Positions 1-12,406 are shown, counted from the first letter of the stretch. The stretch: DNA of 64,000 nucleotides from Heptranchias perlo (GCF_035084215.1 NW_027139272.1:372001-436000), one strand, 5' to 3'. A program made the numbers and translations. Notes: generated from the letters alone by a model not told the origin.

Positions 1-256
1 AACCTGAGAATGACCCGTTTAACCCTACTCTCTGTTTTCTGTCCATTAACCAATCCTCTATCCATGCTAATATTTTACCCCCAACCCCATGAGCCCATAT
101 CTTGTGTAACAACCTTTCATGTGGCACCTTATCGAATGCCTTTTGAAAATCCAAATATACTACATCCACTGATTTCCCTTTATCTACCCTGCTAGTTACC
201 TCCTCAAAAAACGAAGATAAAAACACAATTTCCCTTTCATAAAACCATGTTGACTT
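1..256 (-). mobile_element. CR1 LINE RT fragment
   Basis: Minus strand encodes VDVVYLDFQKAFDKVPH. Confidence 0.8.
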
Positions 257-260
257 CCAA

Positions 261-561
261 TTCGCGACCTCTACCACCTAGAAGGACAAGGGCAGCAGGC
301 ACATGGGAACACCACCACCTGCACGTTCCCCTCCAAGTCACACACCATCCCGACTTGGAAATATATCGCCGTTCCTTTATCGTCGCTGGGTCAAAATCCT
401 GGAACTCCCTTCCTAACAGCACTGTGGGAGAACTTTCACCACACGGACTGCAGCGGTTCAAGAAGGCGGCTCACCACCACCTTCTCAAGGGCAATTAGGG
501 ATGGGCAATAAATGCCGGCCTCGCCAGCAACGCCCACATCCCATGAATGAATAAAAAAAAA
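261..561 (+). mobile_element. 3' end of a LINE of the same family as 18510-20460
   Basis: Near-identical to 20168-20455 (...caagggcaattagggatgggcaataaatgccggcc...), followed by an A-rich tail. Confidence 0.85.
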
Positions 562-908
562 GAATATGGGGGTGATTTTAAAATGTTCGCCCGCTTCCTG
601 CAGGTGTACTTTCTCCTGGCCTGCAGTACTGGTGGAACTGGTGGGATTTTTGGCAGGGGATGGGGTGGAGATGTGATCCTGCCAGTCTTTGTGATATCAC
701 CATGGAAGGGGTGCAGCACAAGAGACCTCGCAGGAACAGGGTCCCAGTCCAAATTCCAGCCCTCCCCCCTCAGACTCAGGAATTTTGGGGCCATTGTGTT
801 TTGCACGTTTGACATTCAAAGAAATAAAGATTTGCCAGACAGTTTTGTTTGCTGACAGTGTCCCTTTCAGAGGACAGATTGTGAAGTGAGTTTCACAATA
901 AACTGAGG

Positions 909-925
909 GAAATGAAACTGAAAGT
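909..925 (+). promoter_or_regulatory. ISRE/IRF-binding element upstream of the TRIM start codon
   Basis: GAAATGAAACTGAAAGT: three GAAA cores, containing GAAANNGAAAGT, 35 bp before the ATG. Confidence 0.55.
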
Positions 926-959
926 AAAGTGAGCGACAGAATAAGGAGCAGGAACTGAG

Positions 960-1415
960 ATGGCCGTCAGCAAACAGATCGTAACCCTGAGTGAGGATTT
1001 AACCTGCTCCGTCTGCCTCTCTCTGTTTGTGTAGCCGGTGCGGCTGGACTGTGATCACAACTTCTGTAAATCCTGTATCGACAAGTGTTGGGACAAGCAG
1101 GGGGAGACCGTGTCCTGCCCGGAATGTCGGGTGGTTTTCCCCCGGAGAAACTACGGCAGGAACAGGGTGTTGGCCAATCTCACCGAGAAAGCTCGGCAGC
1201 TGAACCTCAACCCAGACCCAGACCTGAACCTGAACCTGAACCCAGAGCTGATCCCGAACCCAGAGAAAGGTCGGTCTCACTGTGAGGAACATAATGAGAA
1301 ACTGAAGCTGTTCTGTGAGGAGGATGAGATCCTGATCTGTGCCAGTTGTGTAGATTCTCCCGCACATTCAGACCACAGGTTCCTGCCGGTCCAGAGGGCA
1401 GTTCAAAAGTACAAG
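960..1415 (+). CDS. TRIM exon 1: C3HC4 RING and B-box2, with in-frame TAG at 1032-1034
   Basis: MAVSKQIVTLSEDLTCSVCLSLFV*PVRLDCDHNFCKSC...CPEC...CEEHNEKLKLFCEEDEILICASCVDSPAHSDH...KYK; donor AAG|gtgagg. Confidence 0.9.
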
Positions 1416-1532
1416 GTGAGGGGTTTAAGTGAGCGACCCGTCTCCACGAAACGCAATAAGAGTAATATTGGTTAAGTGCCAGCATGAACTGATAGGGAGA
1501 GTGTCAGAAAGATTTGGCAGGGCCACGGGGGG

Positions 1533-3290
1533 AGAGAGTGTCTGTGTGAGAGGGTGGGGAGTTGGATGGGGTACAGTGTCTGTGTGAGAGGGTGGGGAGT
1601 TGGATGGGGTACAGTGTCTGTGTGAGAGGGTGGGGAGTTGGATGGGGTACAGTGTCTGTGTGAGAGGGTGGGGAGTTGGATGGGGTACAGTGTCTGTGTG
1701 AGAGGGTGGGGAGTTGGATGGGGTACAGTGTCTGTGTGAGAGGGTGGGGAGTTGGATGGGGTACAGTGTCTGTGTGAGAGGGTGGGGAGTTGGATGGGGT
1801 GCAGTGTCTGTGTGAGAGGGTGGGGAGTTGGATGGGGTACAGTGTCTGTGTGAGAGGGTGGGGAGTTGGATGGGGTACAGTGTCTGTGTGAGAGGGTGGG
1901 GAGTTGGATGGGGTACAGTGTCTGTGTGTGAGAGGGTGGGGAGTTGGATGGGGTACAGTGTCTGTGTGTGAGAGGGTGGGGAGTTGGATGGGGTACAGTG
2001 TCTGTGTGAGAGGGTGGGGAGTTGGATGGGGTACAGTGTGTGTGTGAGAGGGTGGGGAGTTGGATGGGGTACAGTGTCTGTGTGAGAGGGTGGGGAGTTG
2101 GATGGGGTACAGTGTCTGTGTGAGAGGGTGGGGAGTTGGATGGGGTACAGTGTCTGTGTGAGAGGGTGGGGAGTTGGATGGGGTACAGTGTCTGTGTGAG
2201 AGGGTGGGGAGTTGGATGGGGTACAGTGTCTGTGTGAGAGGGTGGGGAGTTGGATGGGGTACAGTGTCTGTGTGAGGGTGGGGAGTTGGATGGGGTACAG
2301 TATCTGTGTGAGAGGGTGGGGAGTTGGATGGGGTCCAGTGTCTGTGTGAGAGGGTGGGGAGTTGGATGGGGTACAGTGTGTGTGTGAGAGGGTGGGGAGT
2401 TGGATGGGGTACAGTGTCTGTGTGAGGGGGTGGGGAGTTGGATGGGGTACAGTGTCTGTGTGAGAGGGTGGGGAGTTGGATGGGGTACAGTGTCTGTGTG
2501 TGAGGGTGGGGAGTTGGATGGGGTACAGTGTCTGTGTGAGAGGGTGGGGAGTTGGATGGGGTACAGTGTCTGTGTGAGAGGGTGGGGAGTTGGATGGGGG
2601 ACAGTGTCTGTGTGTGAGAGGGTGGGGAGTTGGATGGGGTACAGTGTCTGTGTGAGAGGGTGGGGAGTTGGATGGGGTACAGTGTCTGTGTGAGAGGGTG
2701 GGGAGTTGGATAGGGTACAGTGTCTGTGTGAGAGGGTGGGGAGTTGGATGGGGTACAGTGTCTGTGTGAGAGGGTGGGGAGTTGGATGGGGTACAGTGTC
2801 TGTGTGTGAGAGGGTGGGGAGTTGGATGGGGTACAGTGTCTGTGTGAGGGGGTGGGGAGTTGGATGGGGTACAGTGTCTGTGTGAGAGGGTGGGGAGTTG
2901 GATGGGGTACAGTGTGTGTGTGAGAGGGTGGGGAGTTGGATGGGGTACAGTGTCTGTGTGAGAGGGTGGGGAGTTGGATGGGGTACAGTGTCTGTGTGAA
3001 AGGACGGGGAGTTGGATGGGGTACAGTGTCTGTGTGAGAGGGTGGGGAGTTGGATGGGGTACAGTGTCTGTGTGAGAGGGTGGGGAGTTGGATGGGGTAC
3101 AGTGTCTGTGTGTGAGAGGGTGGGGAGTTGGATGGGGTACAGTGTCTGTGTGAGAGGGTGGGGAGTGGGATGGGGTACAGTGTCTGTGTGAGAGGGTGGG
3201 GAGTTGGATGGGGTACAGTGTCTGTGTGAGAGGGTGGGGAGTTGGATGGGGTACAGTGTCTGTGTGAGAGGGTGGGGAGTTGGATGGGGT
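1533..3290. repeat. 38-bp G-rich minisatellite in TRIM intron 1
   Basis: (gtgtctgtgtgagagggtggggagttggatggggtaca)n, about 46 copies. Confidence 0.95.
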
Positions 3291-4065
3291 ATATTGTCTC
3301 TGTTCTGGGTCTGGAGAGGGTAAAACTCCCTCGGTGAACTAAGACAGGGGGTTGGATGTTGGAGAATTACTGTTCAGGTAACTTTCGGTCTGGTTGGTCT
3401 GTTGAAAATACAAATGTCATTGTAGGAACTTGGTTTGTCCCAGTGTTGTTTGCGCTGATTTTTTAACATATAATATTTCTGCAATGTTAGATTCAGTTTA
3501 TAAGGGACGAACTCCCAAGGTTGCACACACAATGATTTTGTTTACAATGAGCCAGTAGCCTTGAATTATTCTCAACCACAGTGACTTAAAATGTGAATGA
3601 ACAATGGGAGGGTCAATGTGTACAATGTCAAACATGACGAGCCATTGTGTGAAGATCAGTCTGTGCAATACCTGAGGATCCAGGTATCCTCCCATTCCAT
3701 TGTCCCAGCAGGGGGCTTAGCTGAAACCGACACATAAACGCTCTGCTGTTGCCTCATCAGTGGGTAGGTGTTCCACGGCAGGGGTCATAACATTGATTGA
3801 CAGTTCAGTGGGCGGAATTCTCCATCTCATAGACTTACGGAAGGTGACAAATAAGTCTCTCTCTCTCTCTCTCTCCCAGACAGGGAGAGTGAGCTGTGTT
3901 CTCACATCAGCAGTGAGAAGCTGTCCACAAATTCAAAGTCTGGACCAGCTCATTTGGAAAGCTTAGCGAGAGAAGGTTTGATGAGTGTTGTATCTTTATT
4001 GTATTTAATAACTGGGGAGTGAGGGAACTGATTGTTCTCAGTGTGAAAGCCGTATAGACTTGCAT

Positions 4066-4420
4066 GGAATTACATACAATATGCAGCAGAGAAACAGGCC
4101 ATTCGGCCCAACAGGTCCATGCCGGCATTTATGCTCCACACAAGCCTCTTCCCACCCCTCTTCTAACTTTATCAGCACATCCTTGTGTCCCTTTCACCTC
4201 ATGTGATTATCTCGCTTCCCCTTAAACGTCTCTGTACTATTCGCCTCAACTACTCCTTGTGGTAGTGAGTTCCACATTCTAGCTACTCTCTGGGGAAAGA
4301 AGCTTGTTCTGAATTCCTTATCAGATTAATTACTGACTATCTTATATTTATGGCCCCTAGTTCTGGTCTCCCCCACAAGTGGAAACATTTTCTCTCCGTC
4401 TACCCTATCAAACCCTTTCA
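4066..4420 (-). mobile_element. CR1 LINE 3' end
   Basis: Reverse complement of the CR1 tail ggccgaatggcctgtttctctgctg and of the ORF2 C-terminus. Confidence 0.8.
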
Positions 4421-4619
4421 TATATTTAATATAACATAAACCAGTTGTTGGTTTGAAGCTGTGCCTGGTTTGATTGGGTACTTTTCACTCTGCCTCTTGT
4501 AAAGAAAGGGGTACACACTAGTAACACATGTAATATTCCCTGAACGTCCGACCCCACTGTTTTGGAATACAATGGCTGACATTGAAATGGATTATGATGA
4601 GATCTGATTCCATTTTTAG

Positions 4620-4715
4620 GACCAGCTGAAATTGTCCTTGGATTCCATGGAGGATGAAAAGAAAAGTAAAAGTGAATTAAAACGGTGGCAGGAGGAGAAG
4701 ATTTCAGAACTGAAT
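4620..4715 (+). CDS. TRIM exon 2 (96 bp, coiled coil)
   Basis: catttttag|GACCAG...CTGAAT|gtaagt; DQLKLSLDSMEDEKKSKSELKRWQEEKISELN. A 96-bp exon here is typical of B30.2 TRIMs. Confidence 0.88.
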
Positions 4716-4795
4716 GTAAGTCCTACTTACGTCACCTTTAAACACTGCGGCCCTTTAACAACCTGCAGCTTAAATGATCTCTCTCACCATCTTAG

Positions 4796-5029
4796 GAGCT
4801 CACAGGATCCCTGGAGCAAGACATCGCTGCACAATTTGCCAAAATTCATCAATATCTTGAAGACAAAGAGAAACATTTAATGGAAGAGCTGAGGAGGCAA
4901 AAGGAGGAAGATCTGCGCCCAATGGAGAAGAACTTGAAAAGAATTGAGGAGGAACTGAGATCACTTGAGGAGAACATATTGAACCTTTGTGCAGACATCG
5001 AGCAGCAAGACAGTATCTCTTTTCTCAAG
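4796..5029 (+). CDS. TRIM exon 3 (234 bp, coiled coil)
   Basis: catcttag|GAGCTC...CTCAAG|gtgatc; ELTGSLEQDIAAQFAKIHQYLEDKEKHLMEELRRQKEEDL...DSISFLK. Confidence 0.88.
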
Positions 5030-5595
5030 GTGATCCTTTATAAACCAATCCCCAACCTGTTGGTGTAAGTGTAAACAGCACATTATAATAGGGCTCAAAC
5101 CACATCACAACATTGCACAACGTGCAGTATACCTGAGGACAAACAGGTATCAGTCCAGTTTGAGCTCTGACTGTGGAGGAGACTGTCTGAACCTGTCAGG
5201 TATAACAGTATCTTCCTGTATAACTGGAACCAGATGACAATGTCCAAAAAAGGACTGTTACAGAAGAAATGGGCTGCATCTAGACCAAGGAGGGGTAAAG
5301 AGACTTGTGGGGAACATTGAGGCAGCAATCGGAAATCATTCAAAGTGGATAGGTGGAGGGAGGAAAGCAGATTCAGCCGAGACAAGTCGTAGATCAGAAG
5401 GTCGTTGGCAGGCGGGTCGAGACACAGAAGGGTATAAATTCCCCAAAGACGGTCGTGCAAAACAGGCGATAACGAATCGACAGCCTGTTTTACATTCCAC
5501 CCAATTTTCATTTGCAGTCAATGGACTGACTCGTACATACAGGTCAGAGAAAGTTGTGATCACACTGTGCAGTTACTCTGATCAGACCCCACTTT

Positions 5596-6876
5596 GAATA
5601 GAGGGATAGAATTCAAAAGCAGAGAGGTTATGTTAAACCTGTATCAAACCTTGGTTGGACCACAATTGGAGTACTGTTAACAGTTGTGGTCTCCATAAAC
5701 AAGATATAGAGGCACTGGAGAAGGTACAAAAAAGAATCACAAGGACGATAACAGAACTGAGAGGTTATAACTATCAGGAAACATTGAACAGGCTGGGGCT
5801 CATTTTTATTATTTGTTCATGGGATGTGGGTGTCGCTGGCGAGGCCAGCATTTATTGCCCATCCCTAATTGCCCTTGAGAAGGTGGTGGTGAGCCGCCTT
5901 CTTGAACCGCTGCAGTCCATGTGGTGAAGGTTCTCCCACAGTGCTGTCACAAGAGAGTTCCAGGATTTTGACCCAGCAACGATGAAGGAACGGCGATATA
6001 TTTCCAAGTCGGGATGGTGTGTGACTTGGAGGGGAACGTGCAGGTGGTGTTGTTCCCATGTGCCTGCTGCCCTTGTCCTTCGAGGTGGTAGAGGTCGCGG
6101 GTTTGGGAGGTGCTGTCGACGAAGCCTTGGCGAGTTGCTGCAGTGCATCCTGTGGATGGTACACACTGCAGCCACTGTGCGCCGGTGGTGAAGGGAGTGA
6201 ATGTTTAGGGTGGCGGATGGGGTGCCAATCATGCTTTGTCCTGGATGGTGTCGAGCTTCTTGACTGTTGTTGGAGCTGCACTCATCCAGGCAAGTGGAGA
6301 GTATTCCATCACACTCCTGACTTGTGGCTTGTAGATGGTGGAAAGGCTTTGGGGAGTCAGGAAGTGAGTCACTGGCCGCAGAATACCCAGCCTCTGACCT
6401 GCTCTTGTTGCCACAGTATTTATGTGGCTGGTCCAGTTAAGTTTCTGGTCAATGGTGACCCCCAGGATGTTGATGGTGGGGGATTCGGCGAAAAGAGAAG
6501 GCTGAGGGATGACCTGATCGAGATCTTAAAAATTATGAAATTGTTTAATAGGGGAGACATAGAGAATATGTATCCACTTGTAGGGGTGTCCAAAACTAGG
6601 GGCCATAAGTGTAATATCGTCACTATTTCAGGAGAAACTTATCTCCCCAGAGAGTGGTTAGAATGTGGAACTCGCGACCACATGGAGTGGTTGAGGTGAG
6701 TCGCACAGATACAATCAAGGGGAAGCTGGATAAACACATGAGGGAGAAAGGAGCAGAAGGATATGTTGATTGGGTTAGATGAAGAGGGGTGGGAGGAGGC
6801 TCATGTGGAGCATAAACACTGGCATGGACCAGTTGGGCCGAATGGCCTGTTTCTGTGCTGTAGATTCCACGTAATT
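5596..6876 (+). mobile_element. CR1 LINE 3' fragment interrupted by an antisense LINE (5803-6490)
   Basis: NRGIEFKS...ALEKVQKRITR at 5596-5800 resumes as EKRRLRDDLIE at 6490 and ends in the CR1 tail. Confidence 0.8.
5803..6490 (-). mobile_element. 5'-truncated LINE of the 18510-20460 family, nested in CR1
   Basis: Minus strand ATRAGQRLGILR...QVRSVMEYSPLAW...HSLHHRRTVAA, plus the family 3' UTR. Confidence 0.85.
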
Positions 6877-7586
6877 CGAAATAATACTGTGCCTAGTTCT
6901 GGTCACCGAGAAGTAAGGCAGGGCAGAGGAGAGCAGTGAGGCCTGGTATCAAGGGTCTCAGTTATTGGGACAGACTGGAGAGACTTGAACACTTCACCCT
7001 GGAAAGGAGTGGTGTAATTTTGACACTGGACGACAGTGTAAAAGGACCGATATCAGCTCAGTCACCTATTAAACATCTCTCCAGATTTGAAGTCAATAGA
7101 AATAAAAATGGGGAGAGGTGTTTAACGAGAGACCGAACCAATATCGTCCGTGCTACATTATCGCCTAAAGTCTAAATAATCCCCGAGGTGTCCGAGAGGT
7201 GATTCTATCGCGGTATAAGGGATAGTAAACAGTATGGAAATGGTAAATCAAAATCATACTTTAATTGTTGGAGTCGGCCAAGGGGACACAGGGTCAAACG
7301 TGTAAATGTAATTTCGGGACTGATATCAGGAAGTTCCTCTCACACAACAGTAATGAGCAAATGGGCAGCGTTAGGACAGGAACCAATTAGATGATGCAAT
7401 GTAGGGGGGCACCTTTAGTCGTTCTAGATGGAGGAATTGATGGGCCAAATGGCTTCCCTCACCTGTAAATATCCGATGAACTCACCATCTGAATATCTCC
7501 CACAGGTTACTGAGGATTCTTCATTCAGGTTTTGAGAGTTTAGGCCCTATTGTTTGCTCCACTTTGCTTCTGTCCTGAGAACAGAT

Positions 7587-7900
7587 TCATGTTGGGGTAC
7601 AGTCCCATGGGTACTAGCCCTGGGAACAGAGACATGTTGGGGTACAGTCCCATGGGTACTAGCCCTGGGGACGGAGACATGTTGGGGTACAGTCCCATGG
7701 GTACAAGCCCTGGGAACAGAGACATGTTGGGGTACAGTCCCCTGGGTACTAGCCCTGGGAACAGAGACATGTTGGGGTACAGTCCCATGGGTACTAGCCC
7801 TGGGAACAGAGACATGTTGGGGTACAGTCCCATGGGTACTAGCCCTGGGAACAGAGATATGTTGGGGTACAGTCCCATGGGTACTAGCCCTGGGAACAGC
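7587..7900. repeat. 45-bp minisatellite, about 7 copies
   Basis: (gttggggtacagtcccatgggtactagccctgggaacagagacat)n. Confidence 0.93.
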
Positions 7901-8324
7901 GATAGGCTGGGGTATATTTCTGTGGCTGCTGCACATCGATTGCACAAACAGTGAGCAACAGGAGGCTATTTGACTGTGTGGGCATCACAATGAACCTATT
8001 CCTGTTCTGGTCTGATGTCTCCACAGCTGCATGTTTCCCCAGAGCTGCCTGGAAGTGTCCAGGAGCTGGTACATAGGCTGTTGTCTCCCTATCGAAGGGA
8101 TACTGAGGTTAGGTGTAACACCACTGTCCCCAGCTCAGGGCCGCACAGACCAGAGACAAGCTCTGAGTTACTGGGAAAATATAGACCAGAAATCAAAGGA
8201 AAGGCTCAGTGAACCTTCAAAGTCTTCAGCAGCAGAGGAGACCCTGTCCAGTGTATTCCAGGGAGTAACGGACACGGTGTCACATCACTGGAGCCCGTCA
8301 GTGAAAACTCCCCAGATCACATCA

Positions 8325-11028
8325 CATTTCACTAAAACCACTGATTATACATCGGGAAGGAAAGAAAATAGTGGTGTTGGTGGCAGTGTTGATGAAGGGG
8401 AATATTGCAGTGCTGGAGAGAGAGGATGTCCCTGTGGGGCCAAGGACAGACTCTATTTGGTTAGATAGAGTTAAGAAACAATAGAGGTGCCAGTGCACTA
8501 CTGGGTGTATTCGATAGGCCACCAAATAGTAGGATGGGTATAGAGGAGCAAATTTGCAGGGAAATTACAGAGAGGTTCAAGAACTGCAGAGCAGTGATAA
8601 TAGGGGACTTCAACTATCCCAATATAGACTGGGATCGTAATAGTGTAAAGGGCAAAGAGGGGGATGAATTTCTGAAGTGTGTTCAGGAGAGCTTTCTTGC
8701 TCAGTATGTTTCCGGCCCAACGAGGAAGGAGGCATTGCTGGATCTGGTTCTGGAGAATGAGGTGGGTCAAGTGGAGCAAGTGTCAGTGGGGGAACATTGA
8801 GGGAACAGTGATCACAATATCATAAGGTTTAGATTAGTTATGGAAAAGGACAAGGAGCAAACTAGAGTAAAAATACTTAATTGGAGGAGGGCCAATTTCA
8901 GTGGGTTGAGAACGGATCTGGTCTGGGTAAATTGGAATCAAAGATTGTCAGGCAAAACTGGAATCGAACAATGGGTGGCCTTTAAAGAGGAGATGGTTCG
9001 GGTACAGTCGAGGTACATTCCCACGAGGGGGAAAGTTAGGGCAACTGAAGTCAGAGCTCCCTGGATGACAAAAGAGATAGTGAGTAAGATGAAGCAGAAA
9101 AGGGGTGTCTGACAGATGTCAGGTTGATAATACAAGTGAGAACCAGGCTGAATATAGAAAGTACAGAGGAGAAGTCAAAAGGAAATAAGAGGGGCAAAGA
9201 GAGAGTATGAGAATAGACTGACGGATAACATAAAAGGGAATCCAAAAGTTTCCTATAGGCATATATTGGGAAATGGGTGGAAAAAGGAGGGGTGGGGCCA
9301 ATTCGGGACCAAAAAGGAGAGCTACACATGGAGGCAGAGGGCATGGCTGAGGTACTAAATGAATACTTGCATCTTTCTTTACCAAGGAAGAAGATGCTGC
9401 CAAAGTCACAGTAAAAGAGGAAGTAGTTGAGATACTGGATGGGCTAAAAATTGATAGAGGACGCACTAGAAAGTACTTAAAGTCGATGAGTTACCCGGTC
9501 CGGATAGGATGCATCCTGGGTTGCTGAGGGAAGTAAGGGTGGAAATTGCGGAGGTACTGGCCAAAATCTTCCAAACATCCGTAGAGACGGGGGTGGTGCC
9601 AGAAGACTGGAGAATTGCAAATGTTACACCCTTGTTCAAAAAAGGGTGTAAGGATAAACCCAGCAACTACAGGCCAGTCAGTTTAACCTCGGTGGTGGGG
9701 AAGCTTTTAGAAACGATAATCTGGGACAAAATTAATAGTTACTTGGACAAGTGTGGATTAATAAAGGAAAGCCAGCACGGATTTGTTAAAGGCAAATCGT
9801 ATTTAACTAACTTAATTGAGTTTTTTAATGAGGTAACAGAGAAGGTTGATGTATATATGGACTTTCAAAAGGCGTTTGATAAAGTGCTACATAATAGGTT
9901 TGTCAGCAAAATTGAAGCCCATGGAATAAAAGGGGCAGTGACAGCATGGATAGGAAATTGTAAAGTGACGGGAAACAGAGAGTAGTGGTGACCGGTTATT
10001 TTTCGGACTGGATGAAGGTGTGCAGTGGTGTTCCCCAGGGGTCAGTACAATGACCATTGCTTTTTTTGATATATACTTAGACTTGGGTGTACAGGGCACA
10101 ATTTCAAAATTTGCAGATGACATAACACTTGGAAGTGTAGTAAACAGTGAGGAGGATAGTGATAGACTTCAAGAGAACATCGACAGGCTGGTGGAATGGG
10201 CGGACACATGTCAGATGAAATTTAACGCAGAGAAGTGTGAAGTGATACATTTTGGCAGGAAGAACGAGGAGAGGCAATATAAACTAAATGGTACAATTCT
10301 AAAGGGGGTGCAGGAACAGAGAGACCTGGGGTTATATGTGCCCAAATCTTTGAAGGTGGCAGGACAGGTTGAGAAAGCGGTTAAAAAAGCATGCAGGATC
10401 CTGGGCTTTATAAATAGAGGCATAGAGTACAAAAGTGAGGAGGTCATGTTGAACCTTTAAAAAACACTGCTTCAGCCACAACTGGAGTATTGTGTCCAAT
10501 TCTGGGAACCGCACTTTAGGAAGGACGTGAGGCCTTAGAGAGGGAACAGAAAAGATTTACTACAATGGTTCCAGGGGAGAGGGACTTCAGTTACCTGGAT
10601 AGACTGGAGAAGTTGGGATTGTTCTCCTGAGAGCAGAGAAGGTTGAGAGGAGATTTGATAGAAGTGTTCAAAATCATGAAGGATTTTGATAAAGTAAATA
10701 AAGAGAAACTGTTCCCATTGGTGGAAGGGCCAAGAACCAGAGGACACAGATTTAGTGATTGGCAAAAGAACTAAAGGTGACATGAGGAAAACATTGTTTT
10801 ACACAGCGAATAGTTATGATTTGGAATGAGCTGCCTGAAAGGTTGGTGGAGGCAGATTCAATCGTGGCTTTCGAAAAGGAATTGGATAAATACTTAAAGG
10901 GGAAAAAAGTTGCAGGGCTATGGGGAAAGAGTGGGGGGAATGGGACTAACTGGATTGCTCTTACAAAGAGCCAGCACGGGCTCGATGGGCCGAATGGCTT
11001 CCTTCTGTGCTGTAACGATTCTATGATT
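8325..11028 (+). mobile_element. CR1 (HER1-like) LINE, 5'-truncated ORF2 (end of APE endonuclease plus RT), degenerate
   Basis: IIGDFNYPNIDW, LLDLVL, EDWRIANVTPLFKKG, NYRPVSLTSVVGK, DFQKAFDKV, SKFADD; tail gggccgaatggcttccttctgtgctgtaacgattctatgatt. Confidence 0.92.
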
Positions 11029-11126
11029 AAAATGTACAATCCAAATAATACGGTATATTTATTAAAATGTACAATCTAAAGGGTACGGTATATTTATTAA
11101 AATGTTTCTGATTCTCTGTCCTGCAG

Positions 11127-11149
11127 GAACTGAAAAGATTGAGAGAAAG
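11127..11149 (+). CDS. TRIM exon 4 (23-bp micro-exon)
   Basis: tcctgcag|GAACTGAAAAGATTGAGAGAAAG|gtgagt (ELKRLRER). The 23-bp size is characteristic of this TRIM class and keeps the frame. Confidence 0.85.
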
Positions 11150-11241
11150 GTGAGTACCCAATCCAAACCCAGACTCGGTCTTACACTGTGATCACAGATT
11201 GTATCCAGCAGTGAGTGAGTGAATCAATCCCATTCAAACAG

Positions 11242-11627
11242 GTGCCTGGACAAAGGGGAGGGAGGAGAAGGTGCAGAGAGAGGGGAAGATCAAGAGAGAT
11301 CGTCAGAGGAAGGTGAAGATCAAGAGAGATCGTCAGAGGAAGGTGAAGATCAAGAGAGATCGTCAGAGGAAGGTGAAGATCAAGAGAGATCGTCAGAGGA
11401 AGGTGGAGATCAAGAGAGATCGTCAGAGGAAGGTGAAGATCAAGAGAGATCGTCAGAGGAACGTGAAGATCAAGAGAGATCGTCAGAGGAAGATGAAGAT
11501 CAAGAGAGATCGTCAGAGGAAGATGAAGATCAAGAGATACTGGTATCTGGAAGTCTGAAATACGCCGTGTTTCGAGGCCCTTTACTCTACGCAGTGTGGA
11601 AGGAAATGAAACAGATCATCTCTCCAG
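11242..11627 (+). CDS. TRIM exon 5 (linker with an acidic 10-aa repeat)
   Basis: aaacag|GTGCCTG...TCTCCAG|gtatga; CLDKGEGG...(EDQERSSEEG)x8.5...LVSGSLKYAVFRGPLLYAVWKEMKQIISP. Confidence 0.85.
11282..11538 (+). repeat. 30-bp coding minisatellite in TRIM exon 5
   Basis: (ggtgaagatcaagagagatcgtcagaggaa) x8.5. Confidence 0.93.
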
Positions 11628-11854
11628 GTATGAAACGACTCCACAGGTTTGGGTGAACTTTCTGTAGAGTTTCCTGCTCTCTTCTCCCTCTCCTGAATGT
11701 ACTGACTGTTGTTGTGTACCAATCACTGGGGCAGCAGTCTCTGGTACCTCACTCAAGGGGCCGGGCTTTTTGTGTGACCTCAGATTGAGCGATTCAAGTA
11801 GAGACAGAATCAGAACATTTTCTCATTTGAATCCAGACACTCGCACTTTCCAGT

Positions 11855-12179
11855 AGGGTTCACTGGACAGTGATCAGACTGAGACCCCTCTGACCCAGGG
11901 TTCACTGGACAGTGATCAGACTGAGACCCCCCTGACCCAGGGTTCACTGGACAGTGATCGGACTGAGACCCCCCTGACCCAGAGTTCACTGGACAGTGAT
12001 CAGACTGAGACCCCTCTGACCCAGGGTTCACTGGACAGTGATCAGACTGAGACCCCTCTGACCCAGGGTTCACTGAACAGTGATCAGACTGAGACCCCCT
12101 GACCCAGGGTTCACTGGACAGTGATCAGACTGAGACCCCTCTGACCCAGGGTTCACTGGACAGTGATCAGACTGAGACC
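11855..12179. repeat. 42-bp minisatellite in TRIM intron 5
   Basis: (cagggttcactggacagtgatcagactgagacccctctgacc)n. Confidence 0.93.
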
Positions 12180-12406
12180 ACTGGCTGACTGATTTCCTCT
12201 GCCTGGTCTGTAATATCTGTTCACTGAACACACTGGAGTCCAGGAATATATCGAACTGTACACTGTACCCAGTCTGCACCATTTACTGATACAGAAATTA
12301 TAGACTGGGGGCCGAGCCCAGTTTTCCAGATATCAGATATTAACCTGTGTCCGTCCACCTTCCTCTGTCTAAAATATTTAACATGATGTCATTTTTATTT
12401 CCCCAG

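Noticed and set aside
8031-8468. 145-aa ORF in TRIM intron 3
   Set aside because: No recognisable domain; its 3' part runs into CR1 sequence.
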